NCBI RefSeq assembly: GCF_001194135.2
Contig: NC_068982.1
Location: 41,189,022-41,253,021, forward strand
DNA from: Octopus bimaculoides
Taxonomy: Eukaryota
Reading direction: 5' to 3'
Length of the DNA stretch: 64,000 nt
The notes beneath the pieces were generated by a model, which saw only the letters and a program-made list of their open reading frames with translations, was not told where the DNA came from and did not search any database. The first letter of the stretch is position 1; the number at the start of each line of letters is the position of its first letter. Of the stretch, positions 62,549 to 64,000 are shown piece by piece. The translations under genes were made by a program, and so were the position numbers.

Positions 62549-63698
62549 TATATACACACTAGTGTGTTGCATTTCAACTGATGGGTAAACACTACTTTTG
62601 CACACACTTTTTTTTGCCAACATGGGCAATACTTGGAAATATGTTACACATGCAATAATTACAATTACACTGTTATCAAATTTCTTGGTGCTTATACAAA
62701 ATGATAAAATGAATACTAATTTTCAAAGGAAAAATAATCATTATCTGTGATTAACTCTGGATTTTTCTTTTATTCTCTCTCCCTTTCTATACAATGTAAA
62801 GTGTGACTGAAGAAATCAACCAACTTCAATATCAGCTATTATTAGCACTTCAGCATTTAAACTGGCCATATCCAGCCAAAATATTTTCCCTGTTTTATTT
62901 TCAAACTGGCTGGGTCCTGCCTTTCACACCTATGCTACAATGTCAGTTTAAAATAAACAATCATATGGAAATCTCAAACCTATGAGAAAATGCATGTTTA
63001 ATTTTAAAAGCACCCACTACTCTCGGAGTGGTTGGCATTAGGAAAGGCATCCAGCTGTAGAAATTCTGCCAAATCAGATTGGCATATCAGATTGGAGCCT
63101 GGTGTAGCCATCTGGTTCACCAGTCCTCAGTCAAATCGTCCAACCCATGCTAGCATGGAAAGCAGACGTTAAACAATGATGATGAAGCATTACATTTGAC
63201 AGATAATCTGAATGCTAAAGAGTTAAAATTGTCTGTGTCTGTATGTGATCAGCTGAGATGTTTTGACAAAACAAAATCACTCAGCTATATAAAAATAACA
63301 AGGATGATAATGTAGTTTCATGACAAACAAACAATGCCACATGACTGAGATTCACATAAGGTTGATAGGTGTATGCCTGTCAGGTGTTGAAGTTATGGAT
63401 TTAGGTTGAACACAAAAGATTTTATTTAAAACTTGGAGTTATGTAACATTCTTTTTTATCTGATCATCTTGATGTAGATAGACACAAATGTAGCTGTGAG
63501 CTTTCCAATCGCATGATTTTAGGTTCAGTCCCACTGTGTGGAACCTTGCATAAGTGTCTTCTACTATAGCCCCAGGTCAAGAAAAGCTTTATGAGTGGAT
63601 TTGGTAGATGAAAACCAGTGCTGGTTTGTTTACATCCCTGTAACATTAGCAGTTGGGCAAAACTCCTTTAAAAAAATAAGTATTAGATTCAATTAGAT

Positions 63699-64000
63699 TC
63701 AGTTTTTGGTCATATTCTCTTCTGTTGGTGGTTTTACCCGAAGGAGATATTTGCGAAGTGTTGTATTGCTCTTGAATACTGCCCTGATGTCATATGGGCC
63801 GCATATCTTTTGTATCTTTTCGGAGATGCCTTTCACATAGGGTAGACAGACTGTAGACAGTTTTTTGGTTTCATCCTCTCTTTTCTTCATAATTGGAGTA
63901 GATAGTATGTTCTTGGGGTAGTTGTTTCTTAATAGATTGTTACTGAGCTTGATCATTTCCTCGTGGTGGGTATCACGATCGCTACTTATATTCTTTGCTC
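63699..64000 (-). mobile_element. Penelope-like retroelement fragment (RT thumb to GIY-YIG linker), runs off the window end
   Basis: Open frame RAKNIS...LLRNNYP...CLPYVKGISEKIQKICGPYDIRAVFKSNTTLRKYLLRVK, truncated just before the expected GIY motif. Confidence 0.83.

Overview
AT-rich, repeat-dense animal genomic DNA with assembly gaps; the SINE/LINE-tail families and (TA)n/(CA)n/(GAT)n load suggest a coleoid cephalopod (probably Octopus; inference). Two convergently transcribed protein-coding genes were reconstructed by hand from splice sites and reading-frame phase. (1) Plus strand: the last eight coding exons (800-17209) of a TBC1D12/TBC1D14-type Rab-GAP, with both catalytic fingers intact (IKLDVSR, GYVQ) and a ~2.9 kb putative 3' UTR. 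(2) Minus strand: a PGC-1-family coactivator (PPARGC1/PPRC1/spargel ortholog). It has 12 phase-consistent coding exons (57843->31026; 2994 nt, 997 aa) with a DHDY HCF-1 motif, RS domain, RRM and C-terminal FEQLL; the four small N-terminal exons are less certain. Its 5' region is CpG-rich and carries a perfect CRE, a CCAAT box, at least 7 CACGTG E-boxes, a RORE, two uORFs overlapping the predicted start codon and an unexplained cluster of palindromes. The rest is SINEs, RTE-type LINE pieces, a near full-length decayed mariner, Tc1-like remnants, piggyBac-like and hAT-like MITEs, a Penelope-like fragment and microsatellites. No bona fide rRNA, tRNA or CRISPR array was found. Repeat boundaries are approximate, and nothing was checked against databases.
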